The notes: generated from the letters alone by a model not told the origin. DNA of 50,183 nt from Candidatus Rokuibacteriota bacterium (GCA_003221595.1 QHSM01000014.1:1-50183); one strand, 5' to 3'; positions 8,133-15,939 are shown, numbered from the stretch's first letter. Translations and numbers: made by a program.

Positions 8133-10469
8133 TTATACGCGGGAGTGCCCCGGATGGGTGGAAGCCCGTCGAAGGGCCTCCCACACGCTGGCTGCCGTGA
8201 GCGGCACGCGTGAGACCTCGGCACCGCGGTCGGCCAGCGCGTCCTCGACCGCGTTGGCGATGGCCGGGACCGGCGAGATGATCCCGCTCTCGCCGACGCC
8301 CTTGATGCCCATCTCGTTGCGCGTGGACGGGAAATCGAGTGCGATGACCTCGAGGGACGGCACCTGGTCGGCCCTCGGGACGCCGTACTCCATGAGGGAG
8401 CCGGTCAGGAGCTGGCCGGCGCCGTCGTAGATGAGCTCCTCGGCCAGCGCCGCGCCGATGCCCTGGACGATCCCGCCGTGCAGCTGGCCCTCGACGACCA
8501 TCGGATTGAGCGGGCGGCCGCAGTCGTGCACGGCCGCGTATCGCAGGAGCCGCGGCGAGCCCGTCTCGACGTCCACCTCGACGGCGCAGGCGTGCGCGCC
8601 GAACGCCCACGTGACCGTCTCGGGGCGAAAGAACGCGCAGGCGTGGAGCCCGGGCGTGCCCTCGCGCAGGAGCGTCGGGCTCCGGAGGGAGGCGCGCGCC
8701 AGCGCGCCGAGCTCGACTTGACGCTCGGCCAGGCCGGTGACGTGCGCGACGCCCCGCGCGAGCACGACGTCCGCCGGCGCGCATTCGAGCAGCTCGGCGG
8801 CCACCAGCCGGGCCTTGCGCGCCACCTCGCGCGAGGTGCGCTGCACGGCCGGTCCCGCCACCGCGGCGACGCGGCTCGCGATGGTCCCGTTGCCGTAGCC
8901 GAGGACGGCGGTGTCCCCGCCCACGACGACGACCCGGTCGGTGTCGACACCGAGCTCGGCGGCGCACACCTGGGCGAGCGTCGTCTCGTGCGCCTGCCCC
9001 TGCGAGGACACACCTATCTGCAGATAGACCATTCCGCTCGGATCGATCCGGACGTCCGCGCCCTCGAACGGGCCGATGCCGGTGCCCTCCAGATAGGCCG
9101 ACAGTCCGATGCCGATGGGCGTCGTCGAGGCATGGCGCGCCTGCTGCGCGATCCGCCACTCGCCGTATTCGAAGCGATCGAGCAGCCGGTCGAACGCGGC
9201 GCGATAGTCGGCCGGGTCGTAGACGATCGGCACGCCGTCGCGGTAGCGGAGTCCCGTCGCGAAGGGCATCTCGTCCGGGCGGATGAGATTGCGCCGGCGC
9301 AGCTCGGCCGGATCGAGGCGCACCACGCGGGCGGCGCGGTCGAGCAACCGATCGAGCACGTAGGCACCCTCGGGTCGTCCGGCGCCGCGATAGGCGGCGG
9401 TGAAGGACTTGTGCGTCACCACGTTCAACGCTGTGCCCCGCAGGTGGGCCACGCGGTAGGGACCGGGCAGGTGATTGATCGTGTTGAGAGTGATGACGTC
9501 GCCGAGCACCGGATAGGCGCCGCCGTCTCGCGTGAACGTCGTCTCGATCGCGGTGATCGTCCCGTCCTTCGTCACGCCGAGGCGCGCCTGGTGGCGCTGG
9601 TCGCGGTCCGCCGCCGTCGCCAGGAAGTGCTCGCGCCGCATCTCGATCCACTTCACCGATCGCCCGAGCCGGCGCGCGACCGCGGGAATCAGGACGTCTT
9701 CCGGATAGACGTGACCCTTGGCGCCGAAGCCGCCCCCGACGTCGGGCGCGATGACCCGCACCTGCTCCTCGGCGAGGCCGAGCGCCGCGGCGATGGCCGC
9801 TCGAACCGCGAACGGCACCTGCGTCGACGTCCACACGGTGAGCCGACCGTCGGGCGCGTCGGGCTGCGCCACGATGCCGCGAGGCTCGATCGGCATCGCG
9901 GCGACCCGGGGGACATTCAGCGCCGCCTCCACGATCGCGTGCGCCTGCGCGAAGCCGTGCGTCACGTCGCCGACCGCGGCCGTCGACGGGCCCGCGATGT
10001 TGTCGGGCCATTCGTCGAAGACCCGCGCCGCACCCGGCGCGAGCGCCGCCTCGACGGTCGCCGCTGCCGGCAGCACGGCGTATTCCACAACCACCGCGTC
10101 GGCGGCGTCGGCGGCGCCATACGCGTCGTCGGCGACTACCACGGCCACCGCCTCGCCGGCGTGGCGTACCTTCGGCCCGGCGATCGCGGGCCGGGTGTAG
10201 GCACGGAGGAACCTCGGCGACGCCACGAGCGGAGGCACCGCGGCGACGCACTCCGGCAGATCGGCGATCGTGAGGACCGCGACGACGCCCGGAAGCGCCC
10301 GGGCCCGGCGCGCCTGCACCGCCAGGACGCGCGCGTGGGCGTGCGGGCTCCGCACGATCGCCGCGTGGACGAGGTCAGGCAGCCGCACGTCGTCCACAAA
10401 GCGGCCGCGGCCGGTGAGCAGGCGGCGATCTTCGCGGCGTTTGACGGGCAGTCCGATAGGCGCGGCCAT
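8133..10469 (-). CDS. Xanthine-dehydrogenase-family molybdopterin-binding large subunit, form-II CoxL-like
   Basis: 778 aa. N-terminus PVKRREDRRLLTGRGRFVDD. The active-site loop AAYRGAGRPE carries the form-II AYRGAGR signature, not the form-I VAYRCSFR. No CoxM/CoxS-like genes are adjacent. Confidence 0.9.
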   Translation of the reverse strand: MAAPIGLPVKRREDRRLLTGRGRFVDDVRLPDLVHAAIVRSPHAHARVLAVQARRARALPGVVAVLTIADLPECVAAVPPLVASPRFLRAYTRPAIAGPKVRHAGEAVAVVVADDAYGAADAADAVVVEYAVLPAAATVEAALAPGAARVFDEWPDNIAGPSTAAVGDVTHGFAQAHAIVEAALNVPRVAAMPIEPRGIVAQPDAPDGRLTVWTSTQVPFAVRAAIAAALGLAEEQVRVIAPDVGGGFGAKGHVYPEDVLIPAVARRLGRSVKWIEMRREHFLATAADRDQRHQARLGVTKDGTITAIETTFTRDGGAYPVLGDVITLNTINHLPGPYRVAHLRGTALNVVTHKSFTAAYRGAGRPEGAYVLDRLLDRAARVVRLDPAELRRRNLIRPDEMPFATGLRYRDGVPIVYDPADYRAAFDRLLDRFEYGEWRIAQQARHASTTPIGIGLSAYLEGTGIGPFEGADVRIDPSGMVYLQIGVSSQGQAHETTLAQVCAAELGVDTDRVVVVGGDTAVLGYGNGTIASRVAAVAGPAVQRTSREVARKARLVAAELLECAPADVVLARGVAHVTGLAERQVELGALARASLRSPTLLREGTPGLHACAFFRPETVTWAFGAHACAVEVDVETGSPRLLRYAAVHDCGRPLNPMVVEGQLHGGIVQGIGAALAEELIYDGAGQLLTGSLMEYGVPRADQVPSLEVIALDFPSTRNEMGIKGVGESGIISPVPAIANAVEDALADRGAEVSRVPLTAASVWEALRRASTHPGHSRV

Positions 10470-10510
10470 CGTGTTGTGGCAGTATAGGCGCGGACCAGGA
10501 GGTCACACTT

Positions 10511-11434
10511 ATGGACTACCGGCCGGTCGAGGGCTGGGGACGCCTGCCCGAGGGATGGTCGTTCGTGGAGGCGACGAGCGTCGGCGTGGACGCCAAGGAC
10601 AACGTCTACGTCTTCAATCGCGGCGAGCATCCGGTCATCGTGTTCGATCGCGACGGGAATTTTCTCCGCTCGTGGGGCGAGGGCGTCTTCCGGCGGGCGC
10701 ACGGGATCACGATCGGACCCGACGGGACGATGTGGCTCACCGACGACCTGCACCACACGGTCAGGCAGTTCACCCCCGAGGGCAAGCTGCTCCTGACGCT
10801 CGGCGACCCGGACAAGCCGTCGGCGCTGCACGGCGGCAAGCCCTTCAATCGCCCGACGCACGTGGCGCTCTGCCCGCGCACCGGCGACGTCTACGTCTCC
10901 GACGGCTACGGTAACTCCCGCGTTCACAAATACGATCCGAAGGGACGTCTGCTCTTCTCGTGGGGCGAGCCCGGCACCGATCCGGGATGCTTCAACATTC
11001 CGCACAACATCGCGACCGACGCCGAGGGGCGCGTGTACGTCGCGGACCGCGAGAATCACCGGGTCCAGGTGTTCGACGACAAGGGGCAATACCTCACCCA
11101 GCTCAACAACCTCTTCCGTCCCTGCGGGCTCTTCGCCGACCGGCGGAACGGCGGCCTCCTGTTCGTCGGCGAGCTGCCGCCGGATCTCGCGGTGAGCGCC
11201 GAGGTGCCCAATCTCGGCGCCCGCGTGAGCGTGGTGACCCTCAAGGGCGACCGGGTCGCCCGCGTCGGCGGCCGTTTCCGCGGCGACAAGCCGGGCGAGT
11301 TCATCGCGCCTCACGGCTGCGTGGTTGACTCGCGCGGTGACCTGTACGTGGCCGAGGTCTCGTGGACCGCGCGCGGCAAGTCGCTGAATCCGCCGCGCGA
11401 GATCCGGTCGCTGCAGAAGCTCGCGCGGGTATGA
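10511..11434 (+). CDS. NHL-repeat six-bladed beta-propeller protein, peptidyl-alpha-hydroxyglycine alpha-amidating lyase (PAL)-like
   Basis: 307 aa with repeated blade motifs: VYVFNRGEHPVIVFDRDG, MWLTDDLHHTVRQFTPEG, VYVSDGYGNSRVHKYDPKG, VYVADRENHRVQVFDDKG, LYVAEV. AGGAGG lies upstream of the ATG. Confidence 0.75.
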   Translation: MDYRPVEGWGRLPEGWSFVEATSVGVDAKDNVYVFNRGEHPVIVFDRDGNFLRSWGEGVFRRAHGITIGPDGTMWLTDDLHHTVRQFTPEGKLLLTLGDPDKPSALHGGKPFNRPTHVALCPRTGDVYVSDGYGNSRVHKYDPKGRLLFSWGEPGTDPGCFNIPHNIATDAEGRVYVADRENHRVQVFDDKGQYLTQLNNLFRPCGLFADRRNGGLLFVGELPPDLAVSAEVPNLGARVSVVTLKGDRVARVGGRFRGDKPGEFIAPHGCVVDSRGDLYVAEVSWTARGKSLNPPREIRSLQKLARV

Positions 11435-11994
11435 CCCTGACGGCCGGTCGGCTTCTCGACGCGCTCGCCCGGTCGGCGGCCACCCGCTACGGGGGCGAGA
11501 TCGTGTCCGAGCTCGAGCACGCGCTCCAGTGCGCCGAGCTCGCCCGCGAAGCCGGCGCCGATGAGGAGCTCCAGCTCGCGTGCCTGCTGCACGACGTGGG
11601 CCGCTTCGCGGTCGACCAATCGCTCGTCTCCGACACGACGGAGCGGACGGCCGTCGGGACCGGCGCGCGCGGGCATCACGAGGTCGGCGCCGACCTGCTC
11701 GCGCCCTGGGTGCCGGAGCGCGTGGCCTGGTGCGTGCGGATGCACGCCGACGCCAAGCGCTATCTCTGCGCGACCGAGCCTGCGTACGTCGAGCGCCTCT
11801 CGTCGATCTCCCGGCACACGCTCAGGCTGCAGGGAGGCGTCATGTCGGCGGACGACGCCGCGCGGTTCGCCGCGCATCCGTGGCTGCCGGACGCGCTGGC
11901 GCTGCGCCGGTGGGACGATCTGGCGAAGGTGAAGGGCACGCCGACGCGGTCGCTCGCCGACTGGGCGCCGGCGATCCGGCGCTACGTCCCATGA
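11431..11994 (+). CDS. HD-domain protein, PhnZ/TIGR03276-like (candidate mixed-valent diiron oxygenase)
   Basis: Candidate ligand set: LEHALQCAELA, LLHDVG, GHHEVG, RMHADAK, RRWDDLAK. ATG 11431 overlaps the upstream stop (ATGA). The longer ORF starting at 11362 is rejected. Confidence 0.75.
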   Translation: MTLTAGRLLDALARSAATRYGGEIVSELEHALQCAELAREAGADEELQLACLLHDVGRFAVDQSLVSDTTERTAVGTGARGHHEVGADLLAPWVPERVAWCVRMHADAKRYLCATEPAYVERLSSISRHTLRLQGGVMSADDAARFAAHPWLPDALALRRWDDLAKVKGTPTRSLADWAPAIRRYVP

Positions 11995-12266
11995 GCCTCC
12001 TGGGCGAGGCGGAGGTCGCGGAGGAGCTGGCCCGCACGCCGGGCTGGAAGCGGTCCGGCAAGGCGATCGAGCGGCTCTATCGCTTCCGTGATTTCCGCGA
12101 GGCGATGGTCTTCGTGAACTGGGTGGCGGCGATCGCCGAGCGCGCGAACCATCATCCCGACGTCACGATCCACTACAACGAGGTCACGGTCTCCGTGTGG
12201 ACCCATTCCGACGGCGGAATCACGCCGAAGGACTTCTCGCTCGCCCGCTGGATCGACGCGCTGTAA
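11991..12266 (+). CDS. Pterin-4a-carbinolamine dehydratase (PCD/DCoH, COG2154)
   Basis: 91 aa. It matches the PCD signature E-x3-H-H-P-x5-Y-x9-H-x8-D (ERANHHPDVTIHYNEVTVSVWTHSDGGITPKD). It has an ATGA overlap with the HD gene. Confidence 0.85.
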   Translation: MSLLGEAEVAEELARTPGWKRSGKAIERLYRFRDFREAMVFVNWVAAIAERANHHPDVTIHYNEVTVSVWTHSDGGITPKDFSLARWIDAL

Positions 12267-12271
12267 CTGCT

Positions 12272-12296
12272 CGAGCGCCGGCCTGGCCGGCGCTCG
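12272..12296. terminator. GC-rich hairpin between convergent genes (candidate bidirectional terminator)
   Basis: CGAGCGCCGGCC-T-GGCCGGCGCTCG, a 12-bp perfect inverted repeat in the 43-bp gap between the PCD stop and the transglycosylase stop. The flanking T/A tracts are weak. Confidence 0.5.
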
Positions 12297-12309
12297 CCCC
12301 GATTTCGAG

Positions 12310-12957
12310 CTAGACGCGCGCCAGGAACGCCATGACAGGCGGTCGCGTCGGCGCCGGCTGGTAGCGGCACTTCAGATCCGTGCGCTCCAGAATCTCGACG
12401 TAGGTGCCCATCACCATGCGGTAGTAGTGCGGGTGGCGTCCGGCCGGCCCGCCGTTGTACTCGGTGAGGGCGTCCTTGATGTTCGGCTTGCGGGTCATGA
12501 TGTCGCGGAGGTAGGCCATCGCGAACTGCGTGCTCACCGTGGGGATGGCCAGGTCACCGAGCTCGCGCGGGCCCTTGAGGTTGGGCCGCTTGAAGGGGCC
12601 GACGGTCGATTCGAACAGCGCCGCGGTTGAGGGCAGGGTCTGGTACAACCCGACCTCGCCGGCGCCGCCGACGGCGTCGTGCTTGAACTCCGACTCCACT
12701 TCCGCCTGCGCGAGTGCCAGGCAATGGTCGATCTTCGTGCGCTCGCTCTCCGCGAACAGCACTTCCGGAAAGCGCTGGAACGCCTTGATGGGCGCCACCG
12801 GATTCTTTTCGGCGATGTACGCGAGGATCGCCCGATTCAAACGCTCCGCATTGACCTCGCCCGCCACTGCCAGGACCTGGCGCGTCAGCATGACGCCACC
12901 AAGGGCCAGCACGCCAACCAGCGTCACGCTCGCAAGCACTTTGTTGATGCCCCGCAT
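12310..12957 (-). CDS. Membrane-anchored lytic transglycosylase (SLT domain)
   Basis: 215 aa. N-terminal TM segment VLASVTLVGVLALGGVML. Catalytic E-S motif AQAEVESEF, then GLYQ and YNGG motifs. GGAGG lies upstream of the start. Confidence 0.8.
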   Translation of the reverse strand: MRGINKVLASVTLVGVLALGGVMLTRQVLAVAGEVNAERLNRAILAYIAEKNPVAPIKAFQRFPEVLFAESERTKIDHCLALAQAEVESEFKHDAVGGAGEVGLYQTLPSTAALFESTVGPFKRPNLKGPRELGDLAIPTVSTQFAMAYLRDIMTRKPNIKDALTEYNGGPAGRHPHYYRMVMGTYVEILERTDLKCRYQPAPTRPPVMAFLARV

Positions 12958-13178
12958 ACAGCCCTCCTTCTAATTTCGCTTCGCGGCCTGCATCTTCGCT
13001 GTGTTTCTAGAGGAAGGTGAAAGTGAAGTAAAGGGAGTATTGCATACGCCGATGGACTACGCAACAGGATGGTGATCCGTTCCGGATATCCACAACCGGC
13101 GGGGGCAATGTGCGGGGGCCATGTGCTGCCGCCGGAATGCTGAAACGACGCAGAGTTATCGGGAAAGCGACGACGGAG

Positions 13179-13412
13179 TCAGCGCGGGCGCGGAGGGAGA
13201 CGGCGAGGCGGAATCGTACGATGGAACTCGGTCGCGTCGTTGTCCATCTTGGCGCCGACGGCGGTGCCGCACTCGGAGCACACGTAGTCGTACTTGGTGC
13301 CGGACGGGAGCACCAGGAGGAGCTTTTTGCGCGCCGGTGTTGCGCGCCGGCAGCGCGGACAGAAGAGGCTCGTCGCCTCGAATTCCTCGAAGCTGTCCGG
13401 TGGCCGGGCCAT
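13179..13412 (-). CDS. Small zinc-ribbon protein (hypothetical)
   Basis: 77 aa with CPRC...CSEC (two CxxC pairs 23 residues apart). No SD; a TAGAAT box lies 7 nt upstream of the ATG. The C-terminal tail is Arg/Pro-rich, so the exact end and whether the gene is real are uncertain. Confidence 0.45.
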   Translation of the reverse strand: MARPPDSFEEFEATSLFCPRCRRATPARKKLLLVLPSGTKYDYVCSECGTAVGAKMDNDATEFHRTIPPRRLPPRPR

Positions 13413-13419
13413 CGTGCGA

Positions 13420-13440
13420 ATTCTACACCGGGCCTATAAT
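13420..13440. promoter_or_regulatory. Back-to-back -10 boxes for two divergent, apparently leaderless genes
   Basis: TATAAT at 13435-13440 lies 9 nt before ATG 13450 (+ gene). TAGAAT on the minus strand (13425-13420) lies 7 nt before ATG 13412 (- gene). Neither gene has an SD. Confidence 0.4.
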
Positions 13441-13449
13441 GCCGGCACG

Positions 13450-14967
13450 ATGTTCCGGCCCCGCCTGGCGCTCAAGATCACCCTGCTGATCGTGGCGGTC
13501 ATGATCGTCGGGTTCGGGGTCTCGACGATCGTGACGATCGAGCGTGAGTCGGCCGCGCTCGTCGAGCAGAACAAGCAGGCCATTCGGCGGCTCACCCAGG
13601 CGGTCGTGGCCAGCATCGAGGCGGCGATGCTCCAGGAGCGCCCCGACGTTACCCGCAGCCTCCTGCAGGAGCTGCGGGACCTGCGCGCGCAGCCGGCGGA
13701 ATCCGCGTCGCCGCTCGAAGCGCTGACGATCTATCGCCGTAACGGGGTCGAGGCGTTCACCGACATGGCGACCGCCACCGAGGTGGCGCGCAACGCCGGG
13801 CTCTCCGCCGAGGTCATGAAGAACATCTCGAAGATGCAGCGAGCGCCCGGGAACACGATGACCGGCCCGCTCTTCACCCGGGCGATCGCAACTCTCAAGA
13901 CGCAGGAATCCCTCGAGGTCGAGAACGGCGTCTCGCTCTTCACGCTCCACTATCCCGTCCTCAACAAGGAAAAGTGTCAGGGCTGTCACGGCAGTGACCA
14001 TCAGGTGCGGGCGGTGGTCCGCGTCTCGACGTCGATGGAGCCGGTCTTCACCGAGGTCAGGCGCCTGCGCAACCGTCAGCTCATGATCGCCGCGCTGACG
14101 ATCCTTTCGGCGGCGGCCGTCCTGACGATCGCCATGCGCTCCGTCGTCGTCCGCCCGATCGTGGCGCTCTCGGCGGTCGCCCGGCGGATCGGCGACGGCG
14201 ACTTCCAGGCCCGCGCGCCGGCCGGCGCCCGGGACGAGATCGGCGAGCTGGGCGGGGCGTTCAACGAGATGACCTCGCGCCTGGCCCGGGCCCACACCGA
14301 CCTCGAGGCCAAGAACACGGAGCTGGCGACCGCGCTCCAGAGCCTGCAGGAGTCGCGGCAGCGGCTCGAGCTTCTCGAGCAGCTCAAGGGCGAGCTGTCG
14401 AAATTCGTTCCCGACGCGGTCAAGAAGCTGCTCGAGCAGAACCCGAACGCGACCGAGCTCGAGAAGCGGACCGTCGAGGTCTCGGTGCTCTTCCTCGACA
14501 TCGCCGGGTACACGAAGCTCTCCGAGCAGCTCGAGGCGAGACGGCTCAACCAGCTCGTGCAGACCTACTTCTCGAGCTTTCTGGAAATCATCCAGGGCCA
14601 CCACGGCGACGTGAACGAGACGGCCGGCGACGGCCTGATGGTCATCTTCCAGTCCGAGCGCAGCTCGACCGACCACGCGCTGAACGCGACGCGGGCGGCG
14701 TTCGCCATCCACCAGCGCACGTCCAAGCTCGGCACCGGGACGGGGCAGCGGTGGACCTTTACCGCCACTGGCCCCACCACCAACGTCGCGGCGCGCTTCG
14801 CCGGCTCGGCCCAGGGCGGCGAGATCGTCGTCGGCCCCGTCACCGCTGGACGCATCCGCGCGTCGTTCGTGCTGGAGAGCGTCGGCGAGAAGACGTTCAA
14901 GAACGTCTCGCAGCCGATCCACGTCTACCGCGTCATCCCGCCCGGCATCTACGAGAAGATCGTCTAG
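13450..14967 (+). CDS. Membrane sensor with a periplasmic CXXCH domain, HAMP, coiled coil and a class III nucleotidyl cyclase-like domain (atypical)
   Basis: 505 aa. Two TM segments flank an extracytoplasmic region of about 180 aa containing CQGCH. HAMP: PIVALSAVARRIGDGDF...ELGGAFNEM. Cyclase motifs: LFLDIAGYT, ETAGDGLMVIF, FTATGPTTNVAAR. The longer ORF starting at 13294 is rejected. Confidence 0.8.
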   Translation: MFRPRLALKITLLIVAVMIVGFGVSTIVTIERESAALVEQNKQAIRRLTQAVVASIEAAMLQERPDVTRSLLQELRDLRAQPAESASPLEALTIYRRNGVEAFTDMATATEVARNAGLSAEVMKNISKMQRAPGNTMTGPLFTRAIATLKTQESLEVENGVSLFTLHYPVLNKEKCQGCHGSDHQVRAVVRVSTSMEPVFTEVRRLRNRQLMIAALTILSAAAVLTIAMRSVVVRPIVALSAVARRIGDGDFQARAPAGARDEIGELGGAFNEMTSRLARAHTDLEAKNTELATALQSLQESRQRLELLEQLKGELSKFVPDAVKKLLEQNPNATELEKRTVEVSVLFLDIAGYTKLSEQLEARRLNQLVQTYFSSFLEIIQGHHGDVNETAGDGLMVIFQSERSSTDHALNATRAAFAIHQRTSKLGTGTGQRWTFTATGPTTNVAARFAGSAQGGEIVVGPVTAGRIRASFVLESVGEKTFKNVSQPIHVYRVIPPGIYEKIV

Positions 14968-14968
14968 G

Positions 14969-15916
14969 GTGGGCCCGCGGATCCGCGTCGGGATCTGCGC
15001 GTGGGCCGACCCGGCGCTCATCGAGGCCGGAACCTTCTACCCGCGGAAGTCGATGACGGCCGAGGCGCGACTCCGGTTCTACGCGGGTGTCTTCGACGTG
15101 GTCGAGGTGAACAGCTCCTACTACGCCATTCCGGATATCCGGAACACGGTGCGGTGGGTCGAGCGGACGCCGCCGGCCTTCCTTTTCCACGTCAAGGCGT
15201 ACTCGCTGCTGACGGGCCATCACCCGCGGCCGGAGACCCTGCCGGCGGAGCTGACGGCGCTGCTGCCGCGACGCCCTCGGCAAACACGCCGCGGTGAGAT
15301 CGACTCGTCGAGCTTCCCGCCCGAGGCGATCGATCGCGCCTTCGATCTCATGCGAACCGCCGTCCGGCCGATCGCCGAGGCCGGCAAGCTCGGCTACGTC
15401 CTGTTCCAGCTCGCGCCATGGGTCCACTTCGAGGCCGGCCGTCTCGAGTATCTGGCCTCGCTGCGGAACCGGCTGCCCGGGTGGACGATCGCGGTCGAGT
15501 TCCGCCACCGCTCGTGGCTGCCCGATCACGCCGCCGAGACGCTGCGGGCGCTGCGCGACGCGGGGCTGGCCCACGTGATCGTGGACGGTCCCGAAGGCCA
15601 CGCCGTGCCGCGGGTGACGACCGTCACGGCGCCGACGGCTGTTTTCCGGATACACGGCCGCAACGCCCAGGGCTGGCTCCGGCAGCTCCGCGGGGAGGAG
15701 CCGGCGGTGCGGGAAAAATACGACTATCTCTACAGCGAGGGCGAGCTCCGGGAGCTCTTGCCCGAGATCGACGGCGTCGGCGCGGAGGCCGAGGAGGTCT
15801 TCATCTCCTTCAACAACAACAACCGCGACTACCCCGTCCGGAACGCTCTCATGCTGAAGCGGCTCCTCGGCCAGCCAACACCGTCCCAGGGCGCGACCGG
15901 CGATTTATTCGCCTGA
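14969..15916 (+). CDS. DUF72 (YecE/UPF0759) family protein
   Basis: 315 aa. RLRFYAGVFDVVEVNSSYY, FLFHVKA and WTIAVEFRHRSW are typical of DUF72. The GTG start lies 1 nt after the cyclase stop. Confidence 0.8.
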   Translation: MGPRIRVGICAWADPALIEAGTFYPRKSMTAEARLRFYAGVFDVVEVNSSYYAIPDIRNTVRWVERTPPAFLFHVKAYSLLTGHHPRPETLPAELTALLPRRPRQTRRGEIDSSSFPPEAIDRAFDLMRTAVRPIAEAGKLGYVLFQLAPWVHFEAGRLEYLASLRNRLPGWTIAVEFRHRSWLPDHAAETLRALRDAGLAHVIVDGPEGHAVPRVTTVTAPTAVFRIHGRNAQGWLRQLRGEEPAVREKYDYLYSEGELRELLPEIDGVGAEAEEVFISFNNNNRDYPVRNALMLKRLLGQPTPSQGATGDLFA

Positions 15917-15939
15917 GCCTCTGGTAGAATCAGATTCCC

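Noticed and set aside
8124-8135. The CoxL-like ORF and the sigma-factor ORF are in the same reading frame, separated only by a stop codon plus three further codons, which could suggest read-through fusion or a recoded stop.
   Set aside because: The stop is TAA, not a Sec- or Pyl-type codon. No SECIS-like structure was noticed. Sharing a frame has a one-in-three chance by coincidence.
7915-10251. 778-aa minus-strand ORF in an alternative frame of the CoxL-like gene. Similar long ORFs occur at 6432-8213 (+), 6490-7668 (-), 8478-10487 (+) and 10136-11314 (-).
   Set aside because: These translations are extremely Arg/Gly/Ala/Pro-rich and carry no motifs. They overlap ORFs with clear family signatures. 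Such shadow ORFs are typical of very high-GC DNA, where stop codons are rare in off-frames.
11362-12266. Long N-terminal extensions proposed by the ORF track. Examples are 11362 and 11580 here, and also 13294, 18641, 28682, 31374, 36114, 36308, 42437, 43582, 43929, 44804 and 46677.
   Set aside because: The extended parts are Arg/Pro-rich read-through of the upstream gene in another frame. In each case an internal ATG or GTG sits at an ATGA, GTGA or TGATG overlap, or behind an SD, and starts the recognisable domain. I trimmed the calls to those starts.
12958-13178. An AT-richer 220-bp spacer with a 7-bp inverted repeat (CCGGCGG...CCGCCGG, 13096-13134) and a duplicated ATGTGC, as a possible small-RNA gene or mobile-element scar.
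   Set aside because: No promoter/terminator pair can be defined. The region must already hold the transglycosylase promoter and the 3' end of the zinc-ribbon gene. There are no flanking direct repeats. It is left as an ordinary regulatory spacer.
15812-15823. (AAC)4 trinucleotide repeat in the DUF72 gene, and a G7 homopolymer at 50013-50019 upstream of the last ACAD. These could be phase-variation tracts.
   Set aside because: Both are too short for efficient slipped-strand variation. The AAC repeat is in frame (Asn4), so it would not switch the gene off. The G7 tract lies 18 nt from the start with an intact SD between them.
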